64,000 nucleotides of DNA from an uncultured Gammaproteobacteria bacterium (GCA_964394685.1 CAYMYO010000001.1:14-64013), one strand, 5' to 3'; counted from the stretch's first letter, positions 17,466 through 28,414 are shown. A program made the numbers and translations. The notes: generated by a model from the letters alone, not told the origin.

Positions 17466-18677
17466 TTACTCATACCTGATTGCGTCGATGGGGGAGAGAT
17501 CGGCGGCTTTTTTGGCAGGGAACACGCCGAAGATAATACCAACGCCGGATGATACTCCAAGCGCAATGACGACAGTCATCGCATCGATATAGACAGGGAA
17601 AAAATTGCGCAATACAAGTACAACCGCAAATGCAATCAGAAGTCCCAGTGCTCCACCTATTGCGGAAAGGAGTATGGATTCAGCCAGGAACTGATACAAA
17701 ATATCAGTTTTCAGTGCTCCCATTGCCCTTCTTATTCCAATTTCTCTGATGCGCTCAACAACAGATACGTACATGATATTCATAATTCCGATACCGCCAA
17801 CCAGTAAGGAGATAGCACCGATGGCAACGAATATGTAGTTTATTACGGAGAAGATAGAAAGAACGGAATTGATAATTTCAGTCTGTTCGACTACCGAAAA
17901 ATCTTCTTCGTTGTAACGTTCAGACATGATTTGTTTGACTTTTGGTATTACCAATGAGAAGGAATCCTGAGAGAATGTTTGGACATAGAAGGCAACAAAT
18001 TTTTTATCTGGATTGAATTGATAAGATGCGGTATAAGGAATATAGGCGAAAGCATCAAAATCTCTACCTACTATACCTCCAGCTCCGCCTTTAGGAGCTA
18101 AAACACCAATTATAGAAAAGTTTTGGTTTTCAATTTTGACATACTTACCCATGGCTTGATTTAAGTTATCAAAGAGTTTTTCTGCGAGTTTTGAGCCTAA
18201 AACAGCAACCTTAGCTCCTTTCCTTATATCAGTTTCGTTAAAGATGCGACCGACATTAGTTTCGAGATTTCTAACTGAGAAGATTTCCGGAGTAGTCGCA
18301 AAAACATCGGTTGTTTCTGTTACTCCAGAGTTGACCACATTGAGAGTTTTGACAAATATACCAACCACAGCTTTCACTTCAGGGATTTTCTTAAGATTTC
18401 TAAAGTCAATTTCGTCATAACGTTTTCCTCCAAATGCCCCAGGTCGGAACCCAAAACCACCACCTTGGGAGAATTTTCCTGGCATAACATACACAATGTT
18501 GCTTCCAAGTCGCTCGAATTGGTCTTGAATAAATATGCGAAGACCTTTGCCGAGAGCAAGCAACAGGACTACCGAGGTGACACCGATAAGAATGCCAAGA
18601 GATGTAAGAAATGTCCGGATTTTATTCCTGTTAAAATCTTCAAACGCAGATCTAATGATAAAAAGAAAATAATTCAT
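17466..18677 (-). CDS. MacB/FtsX-like ABC transporter permease
   Basis: RTFLTSLGILIG, GGIGIMNIM.VSV.ER.REIGIRRA.GA, PIDAIRYE. Confidence 0.93.
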   Translation of the reverse strand: MNYFLFIIRSAFEDFNRNKIRTFLTSLGILIGVTSVVLLLALGKGLRIFIQDQFERLGSNIVYVMPGKFSQGGGFGFRPGAFGGKRYDEIDFRNLKKIPEVKAVVGIFVKTLNVVNSGVTETTDVFATTPEIFSVRNLETNVGRIFNETDIRKGAKVAVLGSKLAEKLFDNLNQAMGKYVKIENQNFSIIGVLAPKGGAGGIVGRDFDAFAYIPYTASYQFNPDKKFVAFYVQTFSQDSFSLVIPKVKQIMSERYNEEDFSVVEQTEIINSVLSIFSVINYIFVAIGAISLLVGGIGIMNIMYVSVVERIREIGIRRAMGALKTDILYQFLAESILLSAIGGALGLLIAFAVVLVLRNFFPVYIDAMTVVIALGVSSGVGIIFGVFPAKKAADLSPIDAIRYE

Positions 18678-18678
18678 G

Positions 18679-19353
18679 TTATTTTTGTTTGAATAATTTT
18701 CCATCCCGGATATATAGTTTTCTTCGTGTCCTATCTGCGACGTCCTGCTCGTGTGTGATGATGACAACCGTTACCTTGTCTTCGCGGTTCAGTTTTTCAA
18801 ATAAATCCATGATCGCGTTTCCGTTTTTAGAATCCAAATTGCCGGTTGGTTCATCAGCAAGAATCACCGCTGGCTGCATAATTAATGATCGGGCAATAGA
18901 CACCCGTTGCTGTTGACCGCCTGAGATTTTATTCGGAAATGATTTTTCTTTTCCGGATAATCCGAATTTTTTTATTAACTCCATTGCGCGGTCTTTTGGA
19001 TGAAATGAAAGGGCACGGCGCGCGTAAATTGTTGGAAGAAGAATATTTTCCAAAAGGGTAAGTTTATTAATGAGGTTAAATTGCTGAAACACAAATCCGA
19101 TAAATTCATTCCGCGCGTTGGATAATTCGTTGTCAGAATACTTAGATATATCGCGACCATTGATGGAAACAGTACCTTTAGTTGGGTTATCCAGTAACCC
19201 CATGATATGCATGAGAGTTGATTTTCCGGATCCGGAAGGACCAAGAATTGCGGTATATTCTCCCTTTGTGATTTCCAAACTGACATCGTCGAGTGCCTTG
19301 AATTCTTCTCCGGAGATGTCGTACTGTTTTGTAACATGAGAAAGTTTAATCAT
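18679..19353 (-). CDS. MacB/LolD-like ABC ATP-binding protein
   Basis: GPSGSGKS, FVFQQFNL, SGGQQQRV, ADEPTGNLD. Confidence 0.94.
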   Translation of the reverse strand: MIKLSHVTKQYDISGEEFKALDDVSLEITKGEYTAILGPSGSGKSTLMHIMGLLDNPTKGTVSINGRDISKYSDNELSNARNEFIGFVFQQFNLINKLTLLENILLPTIYARRALSFHPKDRAMELIKKFGLSGKEKSFPNKISGGQQQRVSIARSLIMQPAVILADEPTGNLDSKNGNAIMDLFEKLNREDKVTVVIITHEQDVADRTRRKLYIRDGKLFKQK

Positions 19354-20398
19354 AGAGGATATCACCCTCAGCAAGACCGCCAGTAATTTCCGTCATGTCA
19401 TCGGATTCAATGCCGATTTGTACATATTGCTTCTCTTTTCCTTTAATCGTTTTTCTCATGACATAGTTTTTTCCGTTCTCGCTTTTTAAAAACCGGATGG
19501 GAATAGCAAGTACGTCAGGTTTTTCGGCAGTTGTGAATGTTGCATCAGCGGTCATGCCAATCCGATATTTTGCTATCGTATCAAGTGGAAAGCGGACATC
19601 AACTTCATAGACCGTGCTTGTTTCACCTGTCTTCGGAGTGAAAGCTACTGATTGAACGAATCCTTGAATATGGGTGTCAGGAAATGCATCAAATACAATA
19701 TCCGCCGACTGGCTGGAAGTTATTGTGGATACCTCTGTTTGATCAGGTAAAACAGAAAGATAGATGGAATCCGGATTTACTATTTCAAATTCCGCTTGCG
19801 TTGGTGTGACATTTACCCCAGCAATTGGAGACCCTACTTTTGTGACAACACCGGCAATTGGTGATATAAGCGTTGCGTATTTAAGAGCAATATTTTTCAG
19901 TTCTACGTCTAAAACCGCGCTGTTTAGATCAAATTGTGCCTTTTGAAGAGCTCTATCGGCATCATTCCTTTGATCCCACGTCAATCCCCAATATCTTTGG
20001 CTCGGTTCCCGGTATTCATCTTTGGTTTGATCAAAATCCCTGCGTTCGTTTTCATAGGTATTTAAATATTTTTGAAGATTTTTTTGAAGTTCAGCCTGAT
20101 CAAGTCCGGCGATAGCCTGATATTTAGTTACAACATCACCTTCTTTTACCCCGACCAACGCAAGGAGCCCTGAACTTTGAAACCGAAGGGTAATTTTTTC
20201 CTTGGCATCCAGTTTACCCGTCACCGTAAGGGTTTGTTTAATAGTTTCTCTTTTGACTGTGTGTGTAACCTCTTTTACGGCCTTTTTTGTTTGTTGTCCA
20301 AATTTATTCCATCCGACCAAAAGTACAACAACAAAAAGTGCAATGATCCAGGTAATTTTTCGTTTGTTGACAAAAGATAATAATTTCTGTACAACCAT
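19346..20398 (-). CDS. MacA/HlyD-like membrane fusion (adaptor) protein
   Basis: N-terminal TM; VKEGD.V, SPIAGVV, GMTADA, GLAEGD. Confidence 0.9.
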   Translation of the reverse strand: MVVQKLLSFVNKRKITWIIALFVVVLLVGWNKFGQQTKKAVKEVTHTVKRETIKQTLTVTGKLDAKEKITLRFQSSGLLALVGVKEGDVVTKYQAIAGLDQAELQKNLQKYLNTYENERRDFDQTKDEYREPSQRYWGLTWDQRNDADRALQKAQFDLNSAVLDVELKNIALKYATLISPIAGVVTKVGSPIAGVNVTPTQAEFEIVNPDSIYLSVLPDQTEVSTITSSQSADIVFDAFPDTHIQGFVQSVAFTPKTGETSTVYEVDVRFPLDTIAKYRIGMTADATFTTAEKPDVLAIPIRFLKSENGKNYVMRKTIKGKEKQYVQIGIESDDMTEITGGLAEGDILYD

Positions 20399-20404
20399 AC
20401 TACT

Positions 20405-21424
20405 ATGAAAAAATTAAAACTTAAGTTTCTTAAACACAAAAATCTGTTTTCGTTTTTTGTTCCAGTAGTTATTATAGCACTCCTCATCGGTGTCATTATT
20501 GTTAAGCGAAATAGAGATTATATGGTGACATTGAAAACAAAAACCATACCGGAAATAATAGCGAAGGTAACAGGGGATCCGACGATTAAAGTAAAAGAGG
20601 TCGCGAAATTGAAAAAAGTTAGCGGCATATACCAATTTGAACTCAATCTTGATATTGGCGGTACAGCAAGAACGTTTACGTCATACATGACGAAAGACGC
20701 AAAAATATTTTTTACCACAGGAAGTGTTGTGAGTGAACTTGGGAAAGCACCCGCAGCGGCTGGAGCACAACAAGAGCAACCGAAAGTGACATGTGCGGAT
20801 GTAAAAAAAGCAGATGTGCCGAAAGTGTCCGGATTTATCGTTGCGGATTGTCCGTTTGGCCTTCAGATGCAGCGATTAATGAATAAGGCTATTTTGGAAC
20901 AACCAGCGCTAAAGACTGTTTTTGATATCAAATATATCGGTTCAATTGTTGATGGAAAAATTACCGCTATGCATGGAGATAAGGAAGCACAAGAGAATCT
21001 GCGCCAGATTTGTATTCGGGAAGAACAGAAAAATTTCTATTGGTTGTATGTTTCTTGTTATATGAAAGAAGGTAAATTTTCAGAATGTCTTGCATCATCC
21101 GGAGTAAATACCGCTAATGTGAACGCGTGTATGACTGACAGCAAGCGTGGAAATGTATATGCACAAAAAGACTTTGATTTAGCAAATAAATTTAATATTG
21201 GCAGCTCACCAACATTACTTGTAAATGATTCCCAAATCGTGTCAGAATTTGATTTTGGAGGAAGAACTGCGGATGCGTTAAAACAAGTTGCATGTTGCGG
21301 ATCTAAAACACAGGGAAGTTTCTGTTCAAAGGCGTTGTCTACGGATCAAGTGGCTGCAGCATTTTCTGTGACTGAAGCAGCCGCAGCAGGGGGAGCAGCC
21401 GCAGCAAACTGCGGAGCAAATTAA
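20405..21424 (+). CDS. membrane-anchored thioredoxin/DsbA-fold protein, Cys-rich (GILT-like HG..E..N motif)
   Basis: N-terminal TM; DCPFG, MHGDKEAQEN, GSSPTLLVN cis-Pro-like loop. Confidence 0.65.
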   Translation: MKKLKLKFLKHKNLFSFFVPVVIIALLIGVIIVKRNRDYMVTLKTKTIPEIIAKVTGDPTIKVKEVAKLKKVSGIYQFELNLDIGGTARTFTSYMTKDAKIFFTTGSVVSELGKAPAAAGAQQEQPKVTCADVKKADVPKVSGFIVADCPFGLQMQRLMNKAILEQPALKTVFDIKYIGSIVDGKITAMHGDKEAQENLRQICIREEQKNFYWLYVSCYMKEGKFSECLASSGVNTANVNACMTDSKRGNVYAQKDFDLANKFNIGSSPTLLVNDSQIVSEFDFGGRTADALKQVACCGSKTQGSFCSKALSTDQVAAAFSVTEAAAAGGAAAANCGAN

Positions 21425-21478
21425 CGAGAAGATTTGAGGTGTTTAACAGCTGCTTCGGTGACCATGCGGCCGCGGGGA
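21421..21478 (-). pseudogene. displaced ruvB 3'-end fragment
   Basis: Reads PRGRMVTEAAVKHLKSSR*; 21440-21478 is 38/39 identical to 22843-22881 of ruvB. Confidence 0.88.
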
Positions 21479-21525
21479 ATAAATAAACTTAGAGCATTTT
21501 GATTACTTAATGTTATAATTTCTTC

Positions 21526-22713
21526 ATGGCAGAAGCTCAGCCCGTTTTAAATTTGAGGGAAATACCATTTTTTCCATTATCACCCAGTGATGAATTACAG
21601 CGTATTTGTGAATTAGGTAGACAAGTAGATTGTTCTGTTATACCAATTCCAGGTGCAGGATATGTTGTTCATAAAAATGATTCACCGTATATTGCTGAAG
21701 CACCCCTCGTTTTACTTGATTTTGATGATACAGGCGCACAAACAACATCTGATAAAGTTCATTGTTGGGAGGAAATACAGGCATTAGGAATTCCTCAAGA
21801 AGTGGTTAAAGAGTGCGATAAAATTTCTCGTGTATATCTTGGAGATGAAGAACCAATGTATGAACCTGAACTAGAGATGCGTTTACTTTCTCGAGCAAAA
21901 CAATTGGTAGATTCTCATAAGAGTATCGATAAAATACTTGCATCTGTACAAAAACTTCGCGCAGAATTAGTTGCAACAAGAAATTTTGATCAACAACAGG
22001 TAGAAACCGCAATTCGAAATATATATGATCGGACTAGATACACGTCAACGTTATATCCTGATACCATCGAGTCATTACGAAGACTTCATGGAAACGATGA
22101 GATTCCAACAAACGTAGCTATACTTACCTATGGAGACCCAGTATTTCAATTTACAAAGACATCCCAACTTCTTCGTGAAGGTGTTGTTTCGACAGTTTTT
22201 CTAACAACGACTAGAAAAGGAAGATTTTTTCAGGAAGCTTTACATGAAAATCCCTTTCAGCATTTTCCTTTAGTTTATCGATACACAGAAACTCCTCGTG
22301 GGATTGGGGTTGATTTTAAGAATTGGCAGGTTATGGTTGTGCTTTTTGATGATGATCCTAAACAAGTTACGAGTTTTAACAGTGTAGCAGAGCATGAAGG
22401 AATAACGGGATTAGGAGTCGTGCGTGTCAGAAGAGCTGGTGTTAAACGGGCAGAGAAGGATACGCCAATGGGAGCTTTGGTTACAGAAATTCAACCATCT
22501 GATACTTACCTTGATGCAAATTTATTTGAACAGGCAACGAAAGAATTAGAAATACGGGTATTAGAAAACTTTCTAGTCTCAGCGATAAAACAGTCTGGAG
22601 TTGATGTACTTACAGATAAAGATGTTGCAAGGATTTTTGAAATAGTTACTTTAGATAGAGAGATGACTTCAGACACATTACGAGTGTATCTTCTTGAAAG
22701 AACTAAGACATAA
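21526..22713 (+). CDS. HAD-superfamily hydrolase-like protein (accessory insert)
   Basis: Motif I LLDFDDT, motif II LTYG, motif IV LFDDDP; TGtTATAAT 6 nt before ATG. Confidence 0.65.
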   Translation: MAEAQPVLNLREIPFFPLSPSDELQRICELGRQVDCSVIPIPGAGYVVHKNDSPYIAEAPLVLLDFDDTGAQTTSDKVHCWEEIQALGIPQEVVKECDKISRVYLGDEEPMYEPELEMRLLSRAKQLVDSHKSIDKILASVQKLRAELVATRNFDQQQVETAIRNIYDRTRYTSTLYPDTIESLRRLHGNDEIPTNVAILTYGDPVFQFTKTSQLLREGVVSTVFLTTTRKGRFFQEALHENPFQHFPLVYRYTETPRGIGVDFKNWQVMVVLFDDDPKQVTSFNSVAEHEGITGLGVVRVRRAGVKRAEKDTPMGALVTEIQPSDTYLDANLFEQATKELEIRVLENFLVSAIKQSGVDVLTDKDVARIFEIVTLDREMTSDTLRVYLLERTKT

Positions 22714-22788
22714 CGTTTTGTAATAGATTCGAAAGTGGTATTTTCCGTATGCACGTGCATAGCAAAAAGGAAACATTTTATTCCAACG

Positions 22789-22824
22789 GGATTGCTTCGC
22801 TCATTTTATTCGCTCGCAATGACA
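22789..22824. repeat. REP-like palindrome (minus strand TGTCATTGCGAGCGAA...GCGAAGCAATCC) forming the last ruvB codons
   Basis: ATTGC/GCAAT stem with the same TGTCAT head as the other repeats. Confidence 0.6.
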
Positions 22825-23831
22825 TGCTCTTTTGAAGCAAGATGTTTAACAGCTGCGTCGGTGACCATGCGGCCGCGGGGAGTGCGTTTGAGAAATCCAA
22901 GCTGCATGAGGTACGGTTCGAGTATTTCTTCAACAGTACCAACATCTTCTGATATGGTCGCAGCTAATGTTTCAATTCCTATTGGTCCGCCATTATGTTT
23001 TTCAATAATGGTTGTAAGAAGTCGTCTATCAGAAGCATCAAGACCCTCTTTATCAATTCCAAGAAGAACAAGTGATTGCTCAAGAATAGATGCTGTTATC
23101 TCCGGAAGCCCTGCGACTTGCGCAACGTCTCTACTTCGTTTTAGTAGTCGTAGAGCTATACGCGGAGTGCCCCTACTTCGTTTAGCCAGTTCCAATTTTG
23201 CTTTTGCATCAATTGCGATATGAAGTTTTTTTGCCGCTTGGGTTATGATGTGTTCTAAATCAGCTGGTTGGTAAAAAGATAGCCGTTCAATAACCCCAAA
23301 CCGGTCCCGCATTGGAGATGAGAGAAGTCCCGCACGTGTCGTCGCTCCGACAATGGTAAATGGAGGAAGATCAAGCCTGAGTGTTCGCGCTGATGGTCCT
23401 TTTCCGATGATGATATCAAGAGCAAAATCCTCCATTGCCGGATAGAGTGTTTCCTCAACGAGTTTATTAAGCCTATGAATTTCATCAATAAATAAAATGT
23501 CATGAGGTTTGAGATTGGTGAGTATTGCAGCAAGATCTCCTGCCCGTTCTATCGCAGGACCAGATGTGATTCTGATGTTTACTTTCATTTCTTTTGCAAT
23601 CAGGTGTGCGAGCGTTGTTTTGCCTAAGCCCGGCGGTCCATACAAAAGAATGTGTTCCAATGCTTCCTTGCGTTTTTTGGCAGCAGTTATTGCGACGTGA
23701 AGACTTTTTTTTACTGCTAACTGACCGTAGAATTCATCCCAAGAAGACGCACGTAATGAAGTGATTATACGTTCTTCTTCAGGAGGCGTTGTATCAAAGA
23801 GAATATCTTCTTTCTTTTTGATTTGTTTCAT
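22806..23831 (-). CDS. ruvB: Holliday junction branch migration helicase RuvB
   Basis: [31 protein letters not shown]. Confidence 0.98.
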   Translation of the reverse strand: MKQIKKKEDILFDTTPPEEERIITSLRASSWDEFYGQLAVKKSLHVAITAAKKRKEALEHILLYGPPGLGKTTLAHLIAKEMKVNIRITSGPAIERAGDLAAILTNLKPHDILFIDEIHRLNKLVEETLYPAMEDFALDIIIGKGPSARTLRLDLPPFTIVGATTRAGLLSSPMRDRFGVIERLSFYQPADLEHIITQAAKKLHIAIDAKAKLELAKRSRGTPRIALRLLKRSRDVAQVAGLPEITASILEQSLVLLGIDKEGLDASDRRLLTTIIEKHNGGPIGIETLAATISEDVGTVEEILEPYLMQLGFLKRTPRGRMVTDAAVKHLASKEHVIASE

Positions 23832-23832
23832 A

Positions 23833-24405
23833 TCATTTTCCTAATAGCTTTAAGGCTTCACGAAGTTTTTGTTCCAGTGTGACTGTTTTTGCAGGTATTT
23901 TTTTGATAATTGTAATAACTTCGTTTCTCACAAATCCCATGGAACAAAGCGCATCTATGAGTTCTTTGGTTTCACCTTCAAACGCGTCATCTAAATTTAA
24001 ATCCTGTAAACTACCCAGTTTACTTTTGAGTTCAATGATAATTTTTTGTGCATTTTTTTTCCCAAGTCGGGGAATAGTCGTAAAAAATTCAACATCGCTA
24101 TGGGTAACTGCACGTTCAACTGCGTTTACTCCACGATCAAGAATGGGCAGAGCCGTTTTAGGACCAATACCGGAAACAGTAATGAGAAGTTCAAATAAGG
24201 TTAACTCTTCTTTGCTTGCAAATCCATAGAGATCAAATGCATCTTCCCGGATATGACTATGAATATACAAGAGTACTTTTTTGTTTACTTCGAGTGTTTT
24301 AGCAAATTGGTTGGTTATATATACGTTGTATCCTACGTCACCTACAAAAAATAACGCTGGGTTTTTATGAAATAAAAATGGTATGGCTTTCAGCGCGCCT
24401 ATCAT
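23833..24405 (-). CDS. ruvA: Holliday junction branch migration protein RuvA
   Basis: [21 protein letters not shown]; located between ruvC and ruvB. Confidence 0.95.
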   Translation of the reverse strand: MIGALKAIPFLFHKNPALFFVGDVGYNVYITNQFAKTLEVNKKVLLYIHSHIREDAFDLYGFASKEELTLFELLITVSGIGPKTALPILDRGVNAVERAVTHSDVEFFTTIPRLGKKNAQKIIIELKSKLGSLQDLNLDDAFEGETKELIDALCSMGFVRNEVITIIKKIPAKTVTLEQKLREALKLLGK

Positions 24406-24890
24406 AAAAGTTTTTGTTTCATACGATACGAAAACGCATGGGTCAAGGCTATTGCGAGCGCGTCAGCTACATCATCAGGCTTTGGTGTTTTGGTTAGATG
24501 CAGCTGCCGGGTTACCATATATTGTACCTGCTTTTTGTCTGCTTTTCCATCGCCTGTTATACACCGTTTTACCTCAAGAGGACTATAGGAAAACGTTTTG
24601 ATTTTTTTTAGTGAACACGTAAGAAGAAGTACTCCGCGTGCTTGTCCAACGGACATAGCTGTCGTTGCGTTGGTTGCAAAAAACAATGTTTCTATGGCAA
24701 CATCATCTGGTTTGTATTTGGATAGAAGTATCGATACAGCTTCATGGATATCAACAAGTCGCTGGTCATCAGGTTTTTCTTTTTTTGTTTCAATGATGCC
24801 GTAGGCAATAGGTTTGGGTCCCGTGGGTGTTTCGGAAATGACACCCCAGCCAACACGTGCAGTTCCCGGATCAAGCCCCATAATAATCAT
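24402..24890 (-). CDS. ruvC: crossover junction endodeoxyribonuclease RuvC
   Basis: [28 protein letters not shown]. Confidence 0.97.
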   Translation of the reverse strand: MIIMGLDPGTARVGWGVISETPTGPKPIAYGIIETKKEKPDDQRLVDIHEAVSILLSKYKPDDVAIETLFFATNATTAMSVGQARGVLLLTCSLKKIKTFSYSPLEVKRCITGDGKADKKQVQYMVTRQLHLTKTPKPDDVADALAIALTHAFSYRMKQKLL

Positions 24891-24949
24891 GGTACAGTTA
24901 TAGCACATTCTCTTTTGTTTTTCTTGCCAAAACCGTATACTTACATTCG

Positions 24950-25294
24950 ATGCCTTTCATTCTTAAATTTATCATCACGCTTGCCTCAACTCTTGCTGTT
25001 GTAGTAGGTACGAGTCTTGTCTGGCCAAAAATAATGAATCGTCCGATTCCAGATGCGCTTGAACAAGTGCAGAAAGCGGTATTGGGGACTGAAATCGGAC
25101 AACAAGCAAATGATAAATTGGAATCTCTGCATATTTCATCATCTCCTGGTGAGATAGTGAATACTGCTTTTGGACAAGTGCAGGAGAAAGCACAAGAGGT
25201 AGTGACGAGGGAAATTATTATCCAAGTAGTGAAAAAAATTGAAACACTTGCTCCTGACCAGCAACAAGCTATTAAAGAACAAATTTGCAAATAA
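24950..25294 (+). CDS. hypothetical single-TM protein
   Basis: 114 aa, N-terminal hydrophobic helix, directly upstream of prfB. Confidence 0.7.
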   Translation: MPFILKFIITLASTLAVVVGTSLVWPKIMNRPIPDALEQVQKAVLGTEIGQQANDKLESLHISSSPGEIVNTAFGQVQEKAQEVVTREIIIQVVKKIETLAPDQQQAIKEQICK

Positions 25295-25295
25295 T

Positions 25296-26306
25296 ATGAA
25301 TGAAGAATTAAAACTTCGGGCGACAGAACTTATCGAAAAACTTAAGCTTGATGAGAAGCGGAAACTTCATCGTGAGCTCGAGGCCGCGAGCATGAAGGAA
25401 GATTTTTGGAAAGAGACAAAAGTTGCTGCGAAAACAATGAAGCGAATCGCAGAACTTGCAAAGGAAATTGAAGAAGGGGAAATGGTTCAGTTGCTGTTGG
25501 AAACTGGGGAAGAAGCAGAACTTGCAAAAGAGGTGAATCGGTTGGAATTTGCGACGTATTTATCCGGTTCGTATGATCGGGGAGATGCAATACTGTCTCT
25601 TCATGCAGGTCAAGGGGGAACTGAGGCTATGGACTGGACATCGATGTTAAACCGTATGTATCTTCGGTTTTGCGAGCGGAAAGGCTGGGAGACAAATGAA
25701 GTAGATTTTACCCCCGGCGATGAAGCTGGAATTAAAAGCGTCACAATTGAAGTGGCTGGAGCATATGCATATGGTTTTTTACGCGCAGAAACCGGTGTGC
25801 ATCGGTTAGTGCGGCAGTCTCCATTTAATGCAGATAATCTGCGTCAAACATCATTTGCCATGGTGGATGTGATGCCTGTGATTGAAGAATCGCAAATAAC
25901 AGCAATTCGCGAAGAAGATCTTATTTGGGATTTTTACAGGGCAGGCGGAAAAGGCGGTCAAAACGTCAATAAGGTTTCAACAGCAGTGAGACTAACGCAT
26001 ATTCCATCAGGAATAATTGTTACGTGTCAAAGTGAGCGGTATCAGGGACAAAACAGGGAATACGCGATGAAAATACTTCGGGCAAAATTGTGGACAAAAG
26101 AAGAAGAAAATCGTCAAAAAGAACAAGCGAAATACAAAGGGGTATACAAAACACCCGGGTGGGGGAATCAAATCAGGTCATATGTACTTCATCCCTATCA
26201 TATGGTAAAAGATCTGCGTACAGAGCATGAAACATCCAATACAGACAGGGTCTTGGATGGTGATATTGAAGATTTTATTATGGCGTACTTGAAAAAAAAT
26301 GTATAA
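25296..26306 (+). CDS. prfB: peptide chain release factor 2 (no programmed frameshift)
   Basis: SPF specificity motif, GGQ, WGNQIRSYV; continuous ORF. Confidence 0.95.
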   Translation: MNEELKLRATELIEKLKLDEKRKLHRELEAASMKEDFWKETKVAAKTMKRIAELAKEIEEGEMVQLLLETGEEAELAKEVNRLEFATYLSGSYDRGDAILSLHAGQGGTEAMDWTSMLNRMYLRFCERKGWETNEVDFTPGDEAGIKSVTIEVAGAYAYGFLRAETGVHRLVRQSPFNADNLRQTSFAMVDVMPVIEESQITAIREEDLIWDFYRAGGKGGQNVNKVSTAVRLTHIPSGIIVTCQSERYQGQNREYAMKILRAKLWTKEEENRQKEQAKYKGVYKTPGWGNQIRSYVLHPYHMVKDLRTEHETSNTDRVLDGDIEDFIMAYLKKNV

Positions 26307-26326
26307 GTCGTGATAATGGAGGAACT

Positions 26327-26800
26327 ATGGAAAAAATTGACCCGCTAACCAAAATAAAAAACAGTAAAGATTTCCCTATAACTCCCGAGGAAGAGGGAGT
26401 GACGAAACAAATGAAACTGATTATTGGCGCTGTATTTGTTCTCATGATTGGGTTTGGAATTTTGACCGGGTATATTATATCCGGAAAAAAACCCTCAACT
26501 ACACCATCGTCAACTGCTTCAGCTGGTCCAACAGCAAGCGGAAAAAATGTGTTTGGAAGTGCTGACAGTAAAACATTTACTGATAGTGCAACGGGGGTAG
26601 TTGAAAAAGACGGTGTTAGTGGTGAAGGAACGCATAAACTTATTCGGGATGGCGGACCATCTCAAACAGCATGTTTAGTTTCATCAGTTCTTGATCTTGA
26701 TCAATTTGCAGGAAAGAAAGTAAAAGTGACAAGTAAAACTATGGATGCGAAAAAATGTCCATGGTTTATGGATGTTGGACGTATTGAGATCTTACAGTAA
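26327..26800 (+). CDS. hypothetical single-TM protein with small beta domain
   Basis: 157 aa, one TM, S/T/P linker; GGAGG upstream. Confidence 0.75.
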   Translation: MEKIDPLTKIKNSKDFPITPEEEGVTKQMKLIIGAVFVLMIGFGILTGYIISGKKPSTTPSSTASAGPTASGKNVFGSADSKTFTDSATGVVEKDGVSGEGTHKLIRDGGPSQTACLVSSVLDLDQFAGKKVKVTSKTMDAKKCPWFMDVGRIEILQ

Positions 26801-26805
26801 TCGAA

Positions 26806-27516
26806 ATGATTCGATTTGACCACGTATCAAAGGATTTTGGGGGGAGTAAACCCGCTCTTTCTGACATATCCGTTGAAATACCAGACGGAGACTTTGTTTT
26901 TCTTATTGGTCCAACAGGAGCCGGTAAAAGTACACTGCTTAAGCTTATTATCCGTGATATAGTGCCTACAGTTGGCACAATTACTGTTGATAATTGGGAT
27001 ATTACCACCATTCCTCAATCGCAGATTCATTTACTTCGTCGTCATGTGCGTATGGCATTTCAGGATTTTAAGCTACTCATGGATCGAACTATTTTTGAAA
27101 ATATAGCAGTTGGTATGGAAGTATTAGGTAAACCCCAGGAAGAAATTGAAAAAGGGGTTCATGATGTATTGGAGCTCGTTGAATTATCCGATAAAGCCGA
27201 TGTGTTTCCGGCACAACTCTCTGCAGGAGAACTGCAGCGTATTGGGATAGCCCGGGCCATCGTAGGAGGTCCAAAGATACTTCTTGCCGATGAACCGACA
27301 GGAAATCTTGATCCTGAGACAAGCGATGAAATAATTGATATCCTTAAAGAAGTAAATAAAATGGGAACAACAGTGATTGTGGTTACCCATAACGCAACGT
27401 TGGTTGATAAAAATAGGAAACGGACAATTACGCTCAAAGCTGGAAGGTTAGAACACGATGAAATAAAGGGAAAGTATCATTTAACCAAAAGGAGTCATCA
27501 TGAAGAAAAACACTAA
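26806..27516 (+). CDS. ftsE: cell division ATP-binding protein FtsE
   Basis: GPTGAGKS, FQDFKLL, ADEPTGNLDP; followed by ftsX. Confidence 0.92.
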   Translation: MIRFDHVSKDFGGSKPALSDISVEIPDGDFVFLIGPTGAGKSTLLKLIIRDIVPTVGTITVDNWDITTIPQSQIHLLRRHVRMAFQDFKLLMDRTIFENIAVGMEVLGKPQEEIEKGVHDVLELVELSDKADVFPAQLSAGELQRIGIARAIVGGPKILLADEPTGNLDPETSDEIIDILKEVNKMGTTVIVVTHNATLVDKNRKRTITLKAGRLEHDEIKGKYHLTKRSHHEEKH

Positions 27517-28399
27517 TTCCATTTGGGCTCATATGCGAAGGAGCCCCTATCAGACACTTGCAGCAATACTCACCATGTTTTTGACATTTCTTCTAGGAGG
27601 AGTATTTGCACTCACGACTGGAACATCACTTTCGATACTTCGGTATTTTGAAGGCAAACCGCAACTCACTGTCTTTTTTATGGAAAAAGCTGGAAAACCT
27701 GAAGCGGACGCTTTGAAAATAATATTGGAAGCAACAGGAAAAGTTGCGTCGACAAAATTTGTGTCAAAAGATGATGCGCTTGCCATTTATAAAGAACAAA
27801 ATAAGAACGATCCTTTGCTTCTTGAGATGGTGACGGCTGATATTCTTCCGGCGTCTCTTGAGGTGACCGCTATTGATCCAAGATTCCTATCAGAGCTTGA
27901 ACCAATCATTAAAAAAGCTGATGGAGTTGAGGAAGTTATTTTCCAAAAAGATGTTGTCGACGCGCTTCTCTCATGGACAAATGCAATTCGGATTATCGGA
28001 GGAACGCTTGCAGGACTTCTCGCAATTGATTCACTTCTTATTATTATGACCGTGATTGGACTTAAAATTGCGATGAAAAAAGAGGAGATAGAAATACTGA
28101 AACTCATAGGGGCAACACAGTGGTATATTCGAAAACCATTTATTATTGAAGGAGGAATTTACGGAATTGTTGGTGCGTTTTTCGCGTGGCTGATAATTAC
28201 CGTCCTTCTTTTTGTTTTTCGACCTGCGCTCCTGTCATTTTTAGGTGCAATCCCTGTTATTCATACACTTTTGGTTAATCCAGTAGCCTCTACAGCGCTT
28301 ATTGCGCTAGCCGGATTATTTGTTGTTTTTTGTATAACCGGATTTCTTCTTGGCGCAATCGGGAGCTTAATAACACTCGCGCGGTATATTAAATTTTAA
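27500..28399 (+). CDS. ftsX: cell division permease FtsX
   Basis: VSKDDAL, LPASLEV, EIEILKLIGAT..YIRKPF..EG. Confidence 0.92.
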   Translation: MKKNTNSIWAHMRRSPYQTLAAILTMFLTFLLGGVFALTTGTSLSILRYFEGKPQLTVFFMEKAGKPEADALKIILEATGKVASTKFVSKDDALAIYKEQNKNDPLLLEMVTADILPASLEVTAIDPRFLSELEPIIKKADGVEEVIFQKDVVDALLSWTNAIRIIGGTLAGLLAIDSLLIIMTVIGLKIAMKKEEIEILKLIGATQWYIRKPFIIEGGIYGIVGAFFAWLIITVLLFVFRPALLSFLGAIPVIHTLLVNPVASTALIALAGLFVVFCITGFLLGAIGSLITLARYIKF

Positions 28400-28414
28400 C
28401 AAAGTATTTCTTTC

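Noticed and set aside
25296-25400. prfB programmed +1 frameshift
   Set aside because: The ORF is continuous; CTT GAT occurs in frame and there is no CTT TGA slippery site
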